A stretch of DNA of 64,000 bases from positions 7,874,001 through 7,938,000 of the forward strand of contig CATNEN010000025.1 of the NCBI GenBank assembly GCA_950097015.1, given 5' to 3'. The position numbers and the translations under genes are program-made. The notes beneath the pieces were generated by a model that did no database searches, was not told the origin of the DNA, and saw only the letters and a list, made by a program, of their open reading frames with translations. How positions within the stretch are numbered: position 1 is the first letter of the stretch; each line of letters begins with the position of its first letter. Source of the DNA: Macrostomum hystrix (lineage: Eukaryota > Animalia > Platyhelminthes). Shown here in pieces: positions 59,808-64,000 of the stretch.

Positions 59808-59852
<45 letters not shown>

Positions 59853-59963
59853 TGGGTGTCTGTCTATCTGTCTGTGTGTCTGTCTGTCTGTCTTGGGTGT
59901 CTGTCTGTCTGTCTGTCTGTCTTGGGTGTCTGTCTATCTGTCTGTCTGTCTGTCTGTCTTGGG

Positions 59964-59996
<33 letters not shown>

Positions 59997-60152
59997 TGGG
60001 TATCTGTCTATCTGTCTGCGTGTCTGTCTGTCTTGGGTGTCTGTCTGTCTGTCTGTCTGTCTTGGGTGTCTGTCTGTCTGTCTGTCTGTCTTGGGTGTCT
60101 GTCTGTCTGTCTGTCTGTGTCTGTCTTGGGTGTCTGTCTGTCTGTCTGTCTG

Positions 60153-60197
<45 letters not shown>

Positions 60198-60308
60198 TGG
60201 GTGTCTGTCTATCTGTCTGTGTGTCTGTCTGTCTGTCTTGGGTGTCTGTCTGTCTGTCTGTCTGTCTTGGGTGTCTGTCTATCTGTCTGTCTGTCTGTCT
60301 GTCTTGGG

Positions 60309-60341
<33 letters not shown>

Positions 60342-60460
60342 TGGGTATCTGTCTATCTGTCTGCGTGTCTGTCTGTCTTGGGTGTCTGTCTGTCTGTCTG
60401 TCTGTCTTGGGTGTCTGTCTGTCTGTCTGTCTGTCTTGGGTGTCTGTCTGTCTGTCTCTT
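59280..60460. repeat. (GTCT)n compound microsatellite with an internal ~340-bp duplication
   Basis: Visible; the variant pattern recurs. Confidence 0.97.
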
Positions 60461-61324
60461 GTGTCCTCCCTGCTATCAACAATCGGCACTCGCGGAGCAG
60501 TCACCCGTCAACATTATAATTTCCACAGCCCGTCCCAATTGATTCCGTGACGCCAACAGAGCTCATTCAGCTGCATTCCAATCTCTTTGCTTCTTATCTC
60601 ATGGCTGAATCTTTGATTTGGCATTTTTAATCTGCATGGCAGGCAATACGAAACTACCAAACTATTGTTATCAAAATTCAAATGGTGGTTAATATCATTC
60701 ATTTTATGCATGCCATGACTAAAAGACGGGAAAATTAGACTTTTTCGATTATTCTTCAATCAATCTTCCTCACGACCAATGGGAGAATTGGAAAAGTTTG
60801 ATTGATTTTTTATCCTTTACATTCCTTCATAAATTCGTTATCAGCTTGTGTTTAATTCCTTTCTAATTTCAGCGATAATGGCGAGGATCTTGCAGGGGCA
60901 TAACTTGGTTTCCCACGTGGCATACCCATGAGGGTCTGGTTGGCATATTTTGTTTTAGAATTGCACAGCAACAGGAAACCTCATATACGCGAGCTTATCA
61001 TCACAATGAGCCAGCTGTTGCTCATTTATCTGCTATCTGCAGTGTTTGGCCATTTGCTGACAAATGCTTTGAATTAAAAAGACTTGTATTATTTGACACT
61101 GAACACACGCAATGGGCTGACCTTCTTTAAGTGGTTACATTCTATTACTACTTTTTTGTAGTACTTGATGATATGGAAGCTTTGTCCTGCCCTGCATTAA
61201 TGAATGGTGTCTTTGTATAGGCTTCGTAAAGTTCTGTAGGTATGTTTAGAAAAAAGACTGTTACAGAAACGGAAGACGAGGCAGCGAGGAAAGGGGAGGG
61301 GAGAAAAGTAGAGTGAGAGGATGA

Positions 61325-62390
61325 GAGAAGGAGTGGATGCGAAGAGAAGATGAGGGAGAGAAGGAGAGGAGAGAAGGAGAGAAAGAGAAGGAGAGGGAAG
61401 GAAGGAGAGGGAGAGAAGGAGAGGAGAGAAGGAGAGGAAGCGAAGGAGAGAGGGAGAGAAGGAGAGGAGAGAAGGAGAGGAGAGAAGGAGAGGAGAGAAG
61501 GAGAGGAAGCGAAGGAGAGAGGAAGAGAAGGAGAGGAAGAGAAGGAGAGAGGGGAGAGGAAGGAGAGGAAGAGAAGGAGAGAGGGGAGAGGAAGGAGAGG
61601 AAGAGAAGGAGAGGAGAGAAGGAGAGGAAGAGAAGGAGAGGGAGAGAAGGAGAGAGAGAAGGAGAGGAGAGAAGGAGAGGAAGCGAAGGAGAGAGGGAGA
61701 GAAGGGGAGGAAGAGAAGGAGAGGAAGAGAAGGAGAGGAAGAGAAGGAGAGAGGGGAGAGGAAGGAGAGGAAGAGAAGGAGAGAGAGAAGGAGAGGAGAG
61801 AAGGAGAGGAAGCGAAGGAGAGAGGGAGAGAAGGGGAGGAAGAGAAGGGGAGGAAGAGAAGGAGAGGAAGAGAAGGAGAGGAAGAGAAGGAGAGAGGGGA
61901 GAGGAAGGAGAGGGAGAGAAGGAGAGAGAGAAGGAGAGGAGAGAAGGAGAGGAAGCGAAGGAGAGAGGGAGAGAAGGGGAGGAAGAGAAGGGGAGGAAGA
62001 GAAGGAGAGGAAGAGAAGGAGAGGAAGAGAAGGAGAGAGGGGAGAGGAAGGAGAGGAAGAGAAGGAGAGGAGAGAAGGAGAGGAAGAGAAGGAGAGGGAG
62101 AGAAGGAGAGAGAGAAGGAGAGGAGAGAAGGAGAGGAAGCGAAGGAGAGAGGGAGAGAAGGGGAGGAAGAGAAGGGGAGGAAGAGAAGGAGAGGAAGAGA
62201 AGGAGAGGAAGAGAAGGAGAGAGGGGAGAGGAAGGAGAGGAAGAGAAGGAGAGGAGAGAAGGAGAGGAAGAGAAGGAGAGGGAGAGAAGGAGAGAGAGAA
62301 GGAGAGGAGAGAAGGAGAGGAAGCGAAGGAGAGAGGGAGAGAAGGGGAGGAAGAGAAGGAGAGGAAGAGAAGGAGAGGGAGAGAAAGAAA
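61325..62390. repeat. Purine-only (GA-rich) compound repeat
   Basis: GAGAAGGAGAG(G) units. Confidence 0.95.
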
Positions 62391-62984
62391 GGGGGTGAGA
62401 AATTGAGATAAATTATCGATATCAGATGAGACAGATCTAGGACCAAGTCGCTCAGTGCGGGCTGGTCTCACAATTGGGTTAGACCGCAACATTTGAGTGC
62501 TGTTCGGCATGCAAATTAATGTTAAACTCTGAGCATCAATGTGCCAATTTGAGATTGGCTTTAAGCAACGCTGATTGGTATTGACAGGTATCTGATCATC
62601 TTCCGTTTGTTTCTCCACAGAAAGCAATTTGACTGAGGCTTAGCAATAGGAGGATCAGGGGATCAGGCACTGATTAAATTCCTTCCCCATGACAGACTGA
62701 TCTGTCAGACTGGGATTTCAGCGATTCCATTAAATCCCATTGGATTCTTCATTGACAAATCATGGGATATTTAACCCCCCACAGAATCTTCCACAAATTG
62801 GAAATAAAACCAGAATGAACACAAGAAGAGGCAATCAGATTTGCTTGGGCGAAACTTGTCTTGCGGAAGACAGAATTGGTTGCGTCCAAGTTCTTTAAAT
62901 ATGTTAATTAAAGTATGAGAACAAATGTGAGAAATTCGTGAGAAATCGATGTATTGATGTAATGAGTTTAGTGAATATGATAGA

Positions 62985-64000
62985 TGAGAAGGAATATAAT
63001 AGATGAGAAGGAATATGATAGATTGATGAGAAGGAATATGATAGATAGATGAGAAGGAATATAATAGATAGATGAGAAGGAATATGATAGATTGATGAGA
63101 AGGAATATAATAGATAGATGAGAAGGAATATGATAGATAGATGAGAAGGAATATGATAGATAGATGAGAAGGAATATAAAAGATAGATGAGAAGGAATAT
63201 GAAAGATAGATGAGAAGGAATATAAAAGATAGATGAGAAGGAATATGAAAGATAGATGAGAAGGAATATAATAGATAGATGAGAAGGAATATGATAGATA
63301 GATGAGAAGGAATATGATAGATAGATGAGAAGGAATATGATAGATAGATGAGAAGGAATATGATAGATAGATGAGAAGGAATATGATAGATAGATGAGAA
63401 GGAATATGATAGATTGATGAGAAGGAATATGATAGATTGATGAGAAGGAATATGATTGATTGATGAGAAGGAATATGATAGATAGATGAGAAGGAATATG
63501 ATAGATAGATGAGAAGGAATATGATAGATTGATGAGAAGGAATATGATAGATTGATGAGAAGGAATATGATAGATTGATGAGAAGGAATATGATAGATTG
63601 ATGAGAAGGAATATGAAAGATAGATGAGAAGGAATATGATAGATAGATGAGAAGGAATATGATAGATAGATGAGAAGGAATATGATAGATAGATGAGAAG
63701 GAATATAATAGATAGATGAGAAGGAATGTGATAGATAGATGAGAAGGAATATGATAGATTGATGAGAAGGAATATGATAGATTGATGAGAAGGAATATGA
63801 TAGATAGATGAGAAGGAATATAATAGATAGATGAGAAGGAATATGATAGATTGATGAGAAGGAATATAATAGATAGATGAGAAGGAATATGATAGATAGA
63901 TGAGAAGGAATATGATAGATAGATGAGAAGGAATATAAAAGATAGATGAGAAGGAATATGAAAGATAGATGAGAAGGAATATAATAGATAGATGAGAAGG
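62985..64000. repeat. 23-bp minisatellite (GATAGATAGATGAGAAGGAATAT)n, runs off the window end
   Basis: Visible tandem units. Confidence 0.96.

Overview
Eukaryotic (animal) genomic DNA, not prokaryotic. GC-rich exons with GT-AG introns sit among roughly 30 minisatellite/microsatellite arrays, two tRNA-derived SINE families and DNA-transposon relics. The style recalls the flatworm Macrostomum lignano, but I cannot verify the species. Five spliced genes lie on the + strand: (1) a complete ABCB6/HMT-1-type half ABC transporter (6 exons, ~867 aa) whose 7.5-kb intron 4 holds a defective CMC (CACTA/EnSpm-like) transposon, a hAT-Charlie MITE and other relics; (2) a complete Cys-loop anion-channel subunit (GlyR/GluCl-like, 4 exons, ~474 aa); (3) the C-terminal ~320 aa of a dihydroxy-acid dehydratase (IlvD/Ilv3) in 3 intact exons, with no 5' half visible; (4) a Dbx homeobox gene (3 exons); (5) a class A peptide-type GPCR with a ~150-aa extracellular loop 2 and five +1 frameshifts. 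Most long ORFs in the supplied track are artefacts of stop-free tandem repeats. The most notable points are the intron-containing BCAA-pathway enzyme in an animal, the CMC element whose two CCCG termini point the same way, and the unusual pore residues of the channel. I see no clear-cut new multi-gene system.
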